DNA of 64,000 nucleotides from Asterias rubens (taxonomy: Eukaryota): NCBI RefSeq assembly GCF_902459465.1, contig NC_047068.1, positions 12,338,001 through 12,402,000 on the forward strand, read 5' to 3'. Below the pieces are notes generated by a model. It did no database searches, was not told where the DNA came from, and saw nothing but the letters and a program-made list of their open reading frames with translations. Shown here piece after piece: positions 50,864-63,400 of the stretch; within the stretch, counting starts at the first letter, position 1; every line of letters starts with the position of its first letter. Position numbers and translations under genes: made by a program.

Positions 50864-52684
50864 ATGATGGCCCCTCCTCCTAAAAGTCGCAAAAGAAAAT
50901 CCGCTGACAATATCGGAGACAAAGCAGCAAGCACAAGCAGCAATGTGGTCAAGAGCCCATACTTCTCAACTACAAAAGCTGATTCTAGTACCACGGAAAC
51001 TGGTGAGACACTGGATGAAATCGTACTTGTTACTTGACTCAAAGAACGAACAAACAAACAAGCAACCAAACAAACAAACTGAAACAATAGTGACGAGCCT
51101 AGGGTAAATAGAACACTGGTGCTAAGGTTCTATGGAACACTGGTGGTAATTAGGGCCTAACACCATGCAGGGCCTGAGACAAACAGAGCACTGGTTTATA
51201 GGACCATGGAACACCGGGACCTAAAAGCCTGCAGAACACTGGTATGTAGGGCCTATGGAACACAGATGCTTATAGGGCCTTATAATAATAATAAACTAAA
51301 CTTATCCTGTGGAACACTGGCACCTAGGGTCTATGGAACACTAGGTTCTAAGGCCTAAGGAACACTGGAGTATAAGGCCTACCTTGGCAATTTTTCAACA
51401 GTGTATCCTGAGCAATGAACTGTTTTTTTCAAATACAAAATCAATAGCTAGGCAGAGGATTATATTTTAGACTCCTTTTGATGCATTGTAATAAATCAAA
51501 TAAAAAACCTTAAGATTAAAATTGTAGTGTTTTTCTCACAACTACAATTTATGTAATTGTTTCTTATTCAGGGGGTAGCAAGAGACTATCGGCATCATTC
51601 TTTGACCAGCCGTGTGAAGCCTTGGCTAAGGCACTCTTGGGTCAGAGGTTAATACGCAAGGTTAACGATGATGAGCATATCGCTGGTGACATCGTCGAGA
51701 CAGAAGCGTATCTAGGGAAGGAGGATTCAGCTTGCCACAGTTATGAAGGGCGGAGAACCAACCGTAACAAAGCCATGTACATGAAGCCAGGTGTATGTTA
51801 CGTCTACCTCATCTATGGAATGTACGACTGTTTGAATATTTCGAGCAGGGGTGAGTCATAAGGGATTTCCAGTGATTAAAAATCTCATCTCAGGCGTGAT
51901 AATTGGTCCTTGGCAAAAAAAGTAGGAACATTAATTTTATAAAGTACAAGGGCTGCCCTACATGTACACATGGTATGTGCTTTAACAGACTTTTCAATCT
52001 ATTTAATCACAGTTTTTCTGAATTTTGCAAGGGCAAAAACATCGGAAATCAAACTAACCCTAATTTATTTGAAACAATCAACTATATGGGTTACGTTTGG
52101 TGGCACAACAGTGTACTGTGTTAAGCGAATTCACCATCTGATATCATATGGCATACAGTGGATGATAAGTTGTCAGTCAGTAGAAGGGTTGACTGTGTAC
52201 TGTTTATCATTCAAACCCACAGTAGATAATCTTAAATGGTCAGATAGTAGCAGGGTTTAACTACAAGTGATGTACAATATATACCTAAGTTTTTACACTA
52301 TTTTGTCGCTAAGGTGATGGGCAAGCAGTTCTCATCCGAGCCTTGGAGCCCAAGGAAGGCATCCCAACGATGCAAAGACACCGAAGCAGACGGCGCAAGA
52401 CACCCGCCAAGGAACTCAAGATGAAAGATCTCTGTAACGGTCCGGGGAAACTCACTGAAGCCCTGTGCATCAAAACCTCTGAGATGAACCAGGCAAACCT
52501 GGCGGCAGATTCCTCCATTTGGATGGAGAGGGGGGATCTTGAGGTTAAGGAGGCGGACATCGTGGGGTGTCCTAGGGTCGGGATTGACTACGCGACTAAA
52601 GAATGGGTCAAGAAACCCTTGAGGTTTTACATCAGAGGAAACGGATGTGTTAGTAAGAGAGATAAGGAAGCTGAACAATCTTGA
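50864..52684 (+). CDS. MPG: DNA-3-methyladenine glycosylase (MPG/AAG), ~262 aa, 3 coding exons
   Basis: Exons 50864-51002 (MMAPPPKSRKRK, basic NLS-like N-terminus; donor G|gtgaga), 51572-51850 (FFDQPCEALAKALLGQ..GDIVETEAYLG.EDSACHS..RTNRNKAMYMKPG.CYVYLIYGMY.CLNISS) and 52314-52684 (GDGQAVLIRALEP..LCNGPGKL..RVGI..WVKKPLRFY). The total is 789 nt, in frame. These are hallmark AAG-family motifs. The first or second ATG (50864/50867) may be the start. Confidence 0.95.
51095..51385. repeat. Degenerate ~23-30-bp minisatellite in an MPG intron
   Basis: Recurrent (ta)gggyctatggaacactgg units. Confidence 0.75.
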
Positions 52685-53683
52685 AGACTATCATATATGT
52701 ATTCAAAATGAATCAATGTATATTTGGTTCAGTTAAACAGTTCAAAGTTTAAAAACATTTGTATATCTACCAGCTGCACAAAAACAACTCTGTAATGTTT
52801 TCAAAAATCTGTGTTCCTTGAGTTTACTTATGAGAATTTTAATAGCCGCGCGTATTCAAATATTTTTTACAACCTTTGTTGCCACTTAAATTTTATATTG
52901 TGAAGAAACTAAATCATACACTTCAACAAACAAAAATGTAATAAAAATGACCGAAAAGTAATCATAATTCAAATTCATTCATAGTCAAATAGATTGATAT
53001 TTTTATTTACAGAAAATATACAATATAATATAAGCAATAATTATTAGAAAATATAAGATGAACATAAACCACTTGGGCAAATTGATTCCATCAGTGCACA
53101 CTTCCTGCAAATGCCAATGTAAAACGAATTTTGACGTCACAGGTGTTTTTTTTTTGCAGTGAATGTTTTGGAGGAGTTGAGCACAAGTCAACTGAAGCAA
53201 ACTATATGTTGTGAATTTGCTACGTCAAAATTTGTAAAGCATTCGCAGGAAGTATGACCTGGGCTTTACTGTACTACCTTACAAGAATATGTTCGTGTAC
53301 ATGTATAATACTTGATGGCCTGTGTGTGCAGTTTTAATTAAACCATGAAATCTTTGTCTGTGATTTGGTTGTTCAAATTAACATCACTTAGTTTTTTTAT
53401 TGCCAAACCATTGAGTCGAAGCCCCTTACACACAAGTTTATTTTTGACAGTCGGCCTTGAACTAACTTCCATTGAAGTGACAAAATTTGAGCTTCACCAC
53501 CTGCCCTGCTTGCTGTGACATCTTCTGTTTGAAAACCAGTTTGTGTCAGCTAAAACAAGCTGTAAAAATTAAGCAATGATGAAGCAAAATGAGCAACAAA
53601 CCTTTATTGAAAAATCTCTGGGAAGCATTTGGAGGGGCACCAAGGCTAAGACAAGGGAAACAGAGGCCATGGCCTCCGTGTAA

Positions 53684-53885
53684 TAGACCGATCCAGTAGG
53701 CTCCGCCTACGACGCACGTGTGAGCAAGAACACATGGGGCTCTCCATGCCTTTCTGCACGACTCTGCCGCGCGCGCCAAGATACGCGCACGCATGTCGGA
53801 CCTTAGTGTCGGACCTTAGTGTCGGACCTTTGTTGCATTGTGATTGGCCAATATGTAATGGGGCGGAGCTTAATGGATCGGTCTA
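53684..53885. mobile_element. CpG-rich TIR element (MITE) between the MPG and NPRL3 3' ends
   Basis: Imperfect TIR tagaccgatccagtaggctccgcc / ggcggagcttaatggatcggtcta; internal 3x tgtcggacctt repeat. Superfamily not determined. Confidence 0.65.
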
Positions 53886-54019
53886 TTCCAGGCCTGAAGG
53901 TATCCCAGGTAAAGTTCTCATAGCACTTAGCAGACGAGTTGTGAATAATATTGTCAGTTTGTATTGTAGCATTGAAATGTTCAGAATTTTGCTTTTGAAA
54001 ATTAATATCAATGCATTGG

Positions 54020-54285
54020 TAACTCATGCTTGGTCATGCAGTCTGGCAGGGTGGTCTTGCAGCAGCAGTGCTTGATGGAACCCCACTTGGACACCATCGT
54101 GCAGTTGGAAGACCAAAACCCCGCTGGATCGATGGACTCACCAGATGGTGTGGCCTCAGCGTAGCTGAACTAACTGCGGCTGCCCTACAGCGACACAAAA
54201 TCACCACTGCTCCAGCCACACAACCAGGAGAAGTGGACGGTTGTTGCGTCAACGAGCAGCAGCCTACGATGATTGATGATGGTAA
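54020..54285 (+). mobile_element. Degenerate RTE-clade LINE 3' fragment downstream of the NPRL3 stop (antisense to NPRL3)
   Basis: LGHAVW..AAVLDGT..RAVGRPKPRWIDGLTRWCGLSVAEL resembles the RTE C-terminal GH..G.RRRGRP..RW.D motif; it ends in a gatgattgatgat tail. Confidence 0.65.
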
Positions 54286-54434
54286 CTCATCTCTAGATAA
54301 ACCATAGCATTTTATGAAATCCAGCCCAATCTGTTCTTCTTTCCATGGTATGTCAACTAGAACTTCCATTGTCACTCTTGCATACAGGGTACCTGACATA
54401 GAATTGACCCATAGGTCTTGTCATCTCACTGTTG

Positions 54435-57400
54435 TCATAAGAACTGTTTATACGCAACTGTAGCAGCATCTTGATGTGTACAAATGACCAACACTTGCTT
54501 GAACTTCTCAAGGAGCATGTAGACCTGAGAACGATTGACATTCTCATAGTACATGATTTCCTCAAGATGATGTCGACCGCGGAAATACTGGCAAAGTCTG
54601 CAAGAAAAAATATCAAAGTAATTAAGAAATTCCAAGCATAAAGTTATGGAGTGCACAGATTTGTCAACTAAAGGCCCGGTCCCACTGCAGCGATAACTAA
54701 AACGATAACGATCACGACGCAAAGAAAACACGATCTATTGGTCGAATTGCTCCACGCAGAATATGCACACGCTCATTCAACCAATGGAATGCGTTCTCTT
54801 TGCGTCGTTATCGTTATCGTTATCGCTGCAGTGGGACCGGGCCTTAAGGCTCAATTACATAGAGCTGCTTCAGCAATGTAGGTATGCACACGCTTACTAG
54901 AATAGGGTTACCAGCCAAATTTTTATTGCAATTGCCAACATATGCATAAAGTAATAAATCAAGGAAAATTTGGGCTTACATGGTCATCGAAGTTGCAAAC
55001 AAAACAATGAAGAAAAAAATACCCTTGTTGCATAGAATTGTGTGCTTTCAGATACCAGAGAAAGGCTTCATGCCTGAAGCCTATTAACATGTAGCCCTAG
55101 ATGGGGATGATCATTAAGCCTGGGCGACTAGTGAGATTTACTACTCAACTAGTCGCGCCTCAAATAGTCTGACTTCGACACTATAGTCACAACTATATAC
55201 ATGCGTATATTAAAATTTATGCTGAACAGATTGAAGGATTGTATCACTGATTGTGTTTCGTAAGTTAATTATGCTGTTGTGAATAGTTGTGAGTGACACA
55301 ATTGGTTCACCAAGCAGGAAGTTGCAACCATTAATTTTTTGTAATAGTTGTGGCAGCTTGATTAACTGAGTAGTTGAGAGACGGTAGTGGCGACTCAACT
55401 AAGCAATCAAATTAATTAACGATCATCATGCTCGGTACCTCACCTTGCAAACAGTTTAAGATCCTCTGGGTTCCTAGCAGCAGGCACATTCATGACGCAG
55501 TGTCGCTCCGTCTCATTCAGATTCTCCTTCAGCATGTCCATGACTTTCTGTCTGCTGTGACTGTGTCCCTCGTTGTCAAGAGACAGGGTAGAGTAGGAAT
55601 CTAGACTGGTGCTCAGCTCGTCGGAGTCCACTAGAGTAAATAGTAGATGAAAAGAAATTACTTATTATCGTATATCAAAAAATTTGGTAAAGCAAAGAAG
55701 TTTGCTAAGCAGTATTTTTCTGCTTGACAGCCTTATGATATTGGACTAAACGACATAAAGCTTCTTAAGCAGAAAATTTTGCTGAACTATTTTCGAAAAT
55801 TTGCTGGATACCAGTTACATTATGGAACAAAAGACATCACATTTTGGCAGGTAACCTTATTCTTATAAAAAATTATTATCATTTTGTTTGTTAGTAATTA
55901 CCGTTTATGAGCAATATAGAGGATGCCCTATTCCACTGACATCATGGTTTATTGTTACATTGGCCAGGGCCCAATTTCATTGATCTGCTTAAAGCACAAA
56001 AATAGCTAAGCAAAACAAAATTATGCTTAACAGAATATGGTTTCCAGCCACATTACTACATGTAATTCAATATATAAAATCTGTGACTGCTATCCTGCCT
56101 TATTTTGACTAAAAAAACAATTTCAAACAGCGCCTCTATAAATTTGGGGCCAGACCACTGCACAAGGTAGGGAAACTTACTGGACATATTTAACACCCCT
56201 GTGGCACTGAGCTTATCCAGTGAGGCTGCAGACATTGGTGACGAACCTGACGCCTTGTTTGGCTGATCGAGAAGCTTGACTGGTTGGTCAGTCGGAATCA
56301 TGAGGAAGACATACGTGTGGAGCTGAAATCAAGACGGTAAGTGCGTGGAAGGAGGACATAACAAATTACAAGAGAGGCATAAGCAATTGAATTAGTATAT
56401 AAGAATGGGTTTTGAGATAACTGAGTGTGAAAGAAAAGATGACGCTGTCCTCCTTCTAAGGTTCAAAGGAAGAAAGTCCTAATATCAACGCATGTGAGGT
56501 GCACTTTGATTAGCTGCATTTTCATTGTGGGGTGCAGACCGTATTGAACATACCATGTATCAGGCGCACAATGTACACAGTAATGGAGACCTTCAGCTTG
56601 TTTTATGCTAATCTGAACTTACTTTTTCTTTTTTCCCCGAGTACCATTATTTAAAGGAAACGTTGCCTTGGATCGGTCGAGTTGGTCTTTGAAAGGCGTT
56701 TGTAACCGTTTGTTATCAAATGCATATGGGTAGAAAGATGTTGTAAAAGTAGAATACAATGATCTACACAAATTTTTGACTCCCATAAATGGCCGACCGT
56801 GTTAGTTCGCAAAGTAAAAGGAAAACCACGCAATTTCAAGTCAAATTCGTGTGGATCATTATATCCTACTTTTAAATTATCTATCTAACCATTTGCATTT
56901 TATAACAACCTGATTTCAAACCCTTTTCAACGACCAACTCGTCCGATCCAAGGCAACGTGTTCCTTTAAAAGGATTTTACAAAGGGTTTTAGGTACAGAA
57001 GTTTTTTTGTTGGTAACAGAGCTTTGGGATCACATCGATCAGATATCAGACCTAGCATCTTGAACACAGAAACAATAATTTCAAGATGGCTGACCTGTAT
57101 TAAGAGCCTCTTCTGTAGCAGCCACATTAGAATCTTCACCTTCTCTGCCTCGTTCTATCAAAGTGAAAAGAATCAATCATCAAACGAAAAACATCTTCAA
57201 GGAGCACTATGCTTTTCGATAGGGCGCTTTGAGCTATAAAAACCTTTTGTTATAATAGTAATATACAACATTTATATAGCATATCATACATAGTGTTTCT
57301 AAGCGCTTAACAATAAAACAATTGGAATAAACAGAATAAAGAGCAATTCCCTGAAGCAAAATTTTGAGAGGTAATTACAAAAAGTCCTTTTTACAAGACC

Positions 57401-60400
57401 ACACCAATTCCAAGGAAATAAAGTTGCTCTCCAACGACCCATCCCCAACCCTAACTGGAACCCAGAGCCACTCAGTCACCTGTTTTTCTCCGATGTTGAC
57501 AACGTCGCTGAAAAGATTCGGCTGGGAAAATGCAGAGAGTGCCTCCGTTAAATTCCCACCGCCAGTCAACTCGTGGAACTCCTCGTGGTAGGGTGAAGTT
57601 CTGTTAAAGGGAAGGTAAAAATTTGGTAATCAATGACATTAAGGGCAACAAAAACTTACTTTGTCAGAAGTACAGCAGATTTTAGTTGTATAAAGCATTT
57701 TGAGAATCATTTCACTTCGAAGTAAGGTGGTTGTGGAAAAAAGATATCAGTCCAATTTTTTTTGGTTCAATGGTACAAAATTTCCAAATTTTCTTTCAGT
57801 GGAGATGAATTTAATAGATGATTGACTTTAGATATGAAATAAGAACAAATCTAGTATTGGCGATTGGGTAAATCAAATTTGTAATCTGTTTATTTTGTTG
57901 TTGATACCCTCGGGCAAAATGAGTTTCAAACAGTTAAGACCTCTTAACTGTTTGAAACTCATTTTGCCGTTTGTTTGTCTTTTTATGTTTGTTTATGCAT
58001 ATTGAACAAAAACAATAGTCAATAGAAACAACAAATTAACTCTTACACTGATGTGGGAGCTCTTGGTGATAGAATGTACACATTGCTGCCGCAGATGGGG
58101 TAAAATATGGTGGCTTTACCCCAGTAAACCAGATGACCTACGATCTGAAACACCTTGGGGAAATAAGAAAAACAAATTTGTAAAATGTAATTCTAAAGTC
58201 CAGCTAAACAAGGAATGATATTTGCTTCATTGTAAATAGAAGGAACATTTGATACATCCTGCCTCAATATAAATCAGAGCCAAACATTTATTGTTATCGC
58301 TGGTTAGATTTGTTTAAACAAAAAAAAGGCTGAAAATAGCTTCCTTTTTTGTTCAAAATCTGCAAATGAATTCTTCCATCAAATGTAACAACACATTCCA
58401 AAATGGTAAAACCAAAATTAATATCATGCCTGTTTTATTCTGCACCTTTTCTCACCTAATTTATTCCAATACTGGCAAATATAAACAAATGTAACATAAC
58501 ATGTGACAAATTTAACATACTTAAACTGTTAACAAAAAGTAACTATTAATAAATAGTAAACTTGCGGGTACAACCGTGTATGTATCTCTTTTGAGGGAGT
58601 GTTGGCTCAGAAAAGAGCCAGTGTGGTCTCGATGTTTCAAACAGCATTTATACTCTTATAGATACTTCTTATTCTTCACACCATGCTAAGCTCCAAACAC
58701 CATTTAGACTGTTAACATTATTACTAATATGCTGGGGGAACAAAAATGAAGCATAGTGTTTTTTGACCTATCGGACAAAATAAAAAAAGAAATAAAATAA
58801 AAATGTTTTTAAATTCTTTGTACCTGAGAGAGAGCAAGATCTGTGTCTTGGCTGAGTTGCTGAAGGCTCTTGAGGGGGGAAGACATCGTTATGGCACGGC
58901 GAATCGATGGGGAGCAGTCCCTAGGCAAGGAGGCGAGGAGTTCTTTGTCATCTTCAAGGAGGAGGATGGCGTGGTAGGGTCGGATCGCAAGGAGGCTCTG
59001 CTCAATGATCTTTGGCTGCTCAAGAATGAACGACAATTCAATTCATAGATGTTTGGCATTTTGGATAATTCCACTCCAATTTAAAGGGATTGCATAACAG
59101 CATCCTTATTTCTTGTTTAGGTGGGTTCAAGTCCCCGTCTTGACACTTGGGTCCTTAACCAAGGCATATAATCATTATGCTTCGTCCTTCAGATGGGATG
59201 TTAAGCTGGAGGTCCCTCGTAATGTGTAATGCAAATAAAAGAACACAGTGCACTTATCATAAAGAGAGGGGGTTCACTTAGAATTTGCTGGTAGGGGCTG
59301 CTAAATGCACTGCTGCACCTTAGTGCACCGTAGGGCTACATAAATGAGTCTCATAATTCACGAACTTTAAAACCTGTCTTAAAAAGAGTCTATCTTTGTT
59401 CAAGCGCCGTAAGCACCTGTATAAAGCCTAGTTTATACTTCCTGCGGTTGCAAATTTTGAGGTCACATATTCGCTTGACTCAGTGCTTGACTTCTGCGAA
59501 TCATTGCAGCGAAAACAGAGCTGTGACGTCAAAACTCGCTTCTCATTCGCAGAAAGTATGAACCAGGCTTTAGACTCCAATAGTGTTTTTATTATCATTC
59601 TTACCTCAATGGTAAACATTTGATCCACATTGTGTACTTTGTGCGGGAGACAAAAACTGACTTCAATCCAGTGGTTGATAAAGACATGACATACTCCTTT
59701 TTCGCATAACCTTCCGATGAAAAAATAAACTTGTAACATTTATAGAACGGTCAAGGTTCGTCCTGTACATGGGGGAAGTTTTTCAAATCTTTTCATTTCT
59801 GTGCAGTTGGGGTTGTTGTATTGGTTTCTTGCCTCACCTTCTACCTCTAGGACCCCGGTTCAAATCCCGCCAAGCCACTATGTGGATTGGGTTTTCAGTC
59901 ACTAACAGACTGCGATGAAAGTGGTTTCTTTCCCCATTTTCTACCTCTAGGCGACCCAGCCAAATCCCGCTGAGGATTGGGTTTTTTGAGAACCCTACTT
60001 GACTACGTAGGGTTCTCCTGGAATAACTCTCTGGGGTTTTCCTACTCCAACATGCTCAAACTAAAACTTCCTTCCTTTTCTTCTCTCTGCTTATTCTTTC
60101 CAGCAGCACCCTCAGTGTGAGACAAATTATTTTTACAAACTTGCTGTACAGTGTTTTTGCACTGTTGCAACATTATTCCACTTACCCCATGAAAACTTCT
60201 CTGAGATCTGTACAAAGCTTGCTCTTCATCAGCATAATGTAGAATGGAGATTCTTCAGCATCTTGGGACAACATGAAAAAAACAACATGTTGTCATGTTC
60301 CCTGACTATAAAAGCACACATGTGTACACTTATGCTAGTTATCCCAAGGAATTTTGATCAAGTTCCATGCTTTTCCTCATTGAACCCAAGTCTCAACACT

Positions 60401-63400
60401 CCTGGGGTGACAGGTCTTTTTTCTTCAGCTGTGTGCGACGAATCTGGAACTCTCTACCACAGATCTTGTCTTTGTACCACAAAATTCAAATCGCTTCTCA
60501 CAATGAATCTTATGTCCCAGGTTTTCAAGGACTAATTTAGTTGTGTCTGTTTTCTTTCGTTTTGTTTTGGTTTTACTGCTCCTTGAACACCCAGCAGGGT
60601 GGATATGTGCACATTACAAGTCTTTAATATTATTATAAAGAAGAAATAAGAAGAGATCAAGAGGAAGTAACTAAACAACAATCCAACCTTCGGGCATAGC
60701 AGCCACCTCATCATGAGCGGACATCATTATAACTGCTTGATGGCTGAGATATCCGCATCGTCTCTCTTCGTGCTTCAGGGCCACGACCAGACGTTTGCTG
60801 AGATCATGATAGCAGCCAACGACGGAGGGATCGGCGCTTGCCTGCAATCAAATTATCAGTATTAATGATCACTTTTTACTTTTACAAATCTTTTGTCAGA
60901 ATCATTTCAAACCATTCAACTGCACAGTCAAGTAGTATGTAATTTGTCAGTACTTTTTATCCCTTGCTTTTAATACTTCTTGATGTAATGCAGGGTTGAC
61001 CATTATTCTCATTTGAGGTATCCCAACATATGCATTGAAAACCGCTTGTTGCGCAAATTTGTGTGCTTTCACTTGCATAAAAAAGGCTTCAGGCCTGAAG
61101 TCTTTTAATATTTAAGTGAGAAATTACATCTTTCTCAAAAACTATGTTACTCCAGAGGGAGCCGTTTCTCACAATGTGTTATACTATCCATCTGTTTAAC
61201 TCTCCGTTGCTCATTAACAAGTAAGATTTTAAGCTAACAATTATTTTGAGTAATTACCAAATGTCCAGTGCCTTTAAGTAGGAACAATAGCATGTTGTAA
61301 TTTACTATTTGTGGTTGGTTTCCAGTTTGTTTTTCCCGAACCTTGTTAAACACTATATTGTTCGCTTAAGCCACTCTTTGAAAATTGGTCCAAGGTACTT
61401 ACATGAAGTACAAAGACCACATTAAACATGGCCATAGTCCGACCCTCTCGTCTCGATGAGCCATCCTGTCCCTTCTGCCAAACAAAAACAAGTAAAACTT
61501 ATTTTAGAAAATTAATTCAAAACTTAAATAGTGTTTGTTACTTTTTGGTTGACTGTGAAAAACTGGACTACAACCTGTCCCTTTCAGCAGCTACTTCATC
61601 TGCTTTTCATTTGAAGACGTTAGAGCAAACTGATTGAAACGTAGAGCTGTTACACCGCCTGTTCTTTTCAAAATATTCCCACCTACATACATTTTTGTTA
61701 CAAGTTTTTTGAACCTCTCACTTTAGATTTGTCAATGAGTTGACCCACCACTTGAAACCATTTGATTATATTGGTTGAATATAGTTGAGCAAGTGCACAG
61801 AACTAACTGTGTACATGTGTGTACTTTGTAGATCTGCGTTTACTATATGATATCATATTGCAGGCTGGCATACAGTTTATCTATCATTCAAAACCACATT
61901 GGATGGTATTGAATGGTCAAACAGTAGGAGGGTTGACTGTGTTTTCTTGTGTGGATGCATTTACCACATGATGTCATATTACAGAGTGGCATAGTTTACC
62001 TATCATTCAAAACCACAGTGGATGATATTGAATGGTCAGACAGTAGGAGGGTTAAAGAAATCTACAAAAGGGTGGACTCTTACAATTTTTCTGCCTCCAG
62101 CGACAATGGGAGTTGGATGACCAACAAATTTGACATCATCGATGGTCAGTTCAAAGCGATGGTCACACAGGCCGGTCCCAGTGGTCAATATGTGAGCCAA
62201 GATTTCATCAGAGTAACTGTCAAATGGAAACAACAAGTAATTTAAACAAGTTTTTCATAACAAATTATTTGTCCCACCATGACAATGACTAGTTACAAAT
62301 GTGACTGTGTGTCGAGGAAGTGCTTTATTAGCACTTGTGAAACTGAGTACAGGGAAGGTATAGGCTTGGTAATCAATCTAAAAATTAATGGTAATTAAAC
62401 CTTAGTAGTGCTCAGCTTTCGAAGCATTTTTCGAATCATTTCAGTAATGTGGTTATATGGAAAATATCAGTTTTTATCCCCCGAAATTTAAATTTCAGAA
62501 ACATTACTGTCAGAAGCAACAAATGTGTCAACCCATTTTAAAAATGAAAATTTGCACAGTCTGAACATACCCGACCAACTTCCCATGTTTGATACTCGAC
62601 GTTGGTCTACAGTCATTAGGATTGTCCTCTGGCACCTGCTGGGCAAACACATTATGCTTTCTGTCTGCAAAACAAATATAAGCAAAATAAAAACGTCTTA
62701 ATTTTGATAATTGTTGGAATAACTCTCCTTCGCAGATGCACATTTTGTGGGCTCATACAATAATTGCTACCAGAAAGTTTCAGAAATCCAGCGATCAATC
62801 CTTCTCAATAAGAGTTTTCAAGCGAACAATGTGTAGGTTGGATGTCTGTGTTGGATGTCTGTCGTTATTCAGCAGAGTACATATAGAACAGTACTACATC
62901 TGGAAAAGTTTCCGTATGGCGCCACCACTTTTTCATTCGATATGAAATAAAATAGTATCTAATTTACCTCAATGAGATATCCCTTTTAGTTTACTTAGTA
63001 AAAATGAGTGAAAAAGTGGTGGCGCCATACGGAAAGTTACCCCAGGCAAATCTGGTTACTGAATCATATGAAAGGTATGGGTAACAAAGTTTTAAAAAAG
63101 GAACCAACAAATACCCCCCCCCCCCCCCCACTACCTGTAATTAGTAATAAAAAATTAAAAAACATAAAAACACAAAATTCACAACATAGCGAGGGCGCCA
63201 CCACCTGTTCAAAACACGCCATGCAAGTTCCCAGACACTCATCATGTGCTAAAATCATGTGACACCGACAGGAGGACCGCCGCTGTTTTATTTACTTGAC
63301 TAAAGACCGCCATACTTACTCTTCTGCACAACTTCTTTCTCTGATTCTTCTTGGTAAGGATACCTGAATAATAATCGATTTCCTTTAGACCCTGCAGAGA

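Noticed and set aside
61800-62060. Short duplicated motif in an NPRL3 intron (tatcattcaaaaccac..gaatggtca.acagtaggagggtt), also seen at 52130-52260 and reversed near 45.0-45.1 kb
   Set aside because: It recurs at unrelated places, so it is a degenerate dispersed repeat rather than a locus-specific element. The 98-aa plus-strand ORF over it is antisense to an NPRL3 exon.
59016-62570. Alpha-globin-type erythroid enhancer (GATA plus NF-E2/MARE) in NPRL3 introns
   Set aside because: I saw only an isolated TGACTCA near 59476, with no full MARE or clustered arrangement. The short introns are largely TE-derived.
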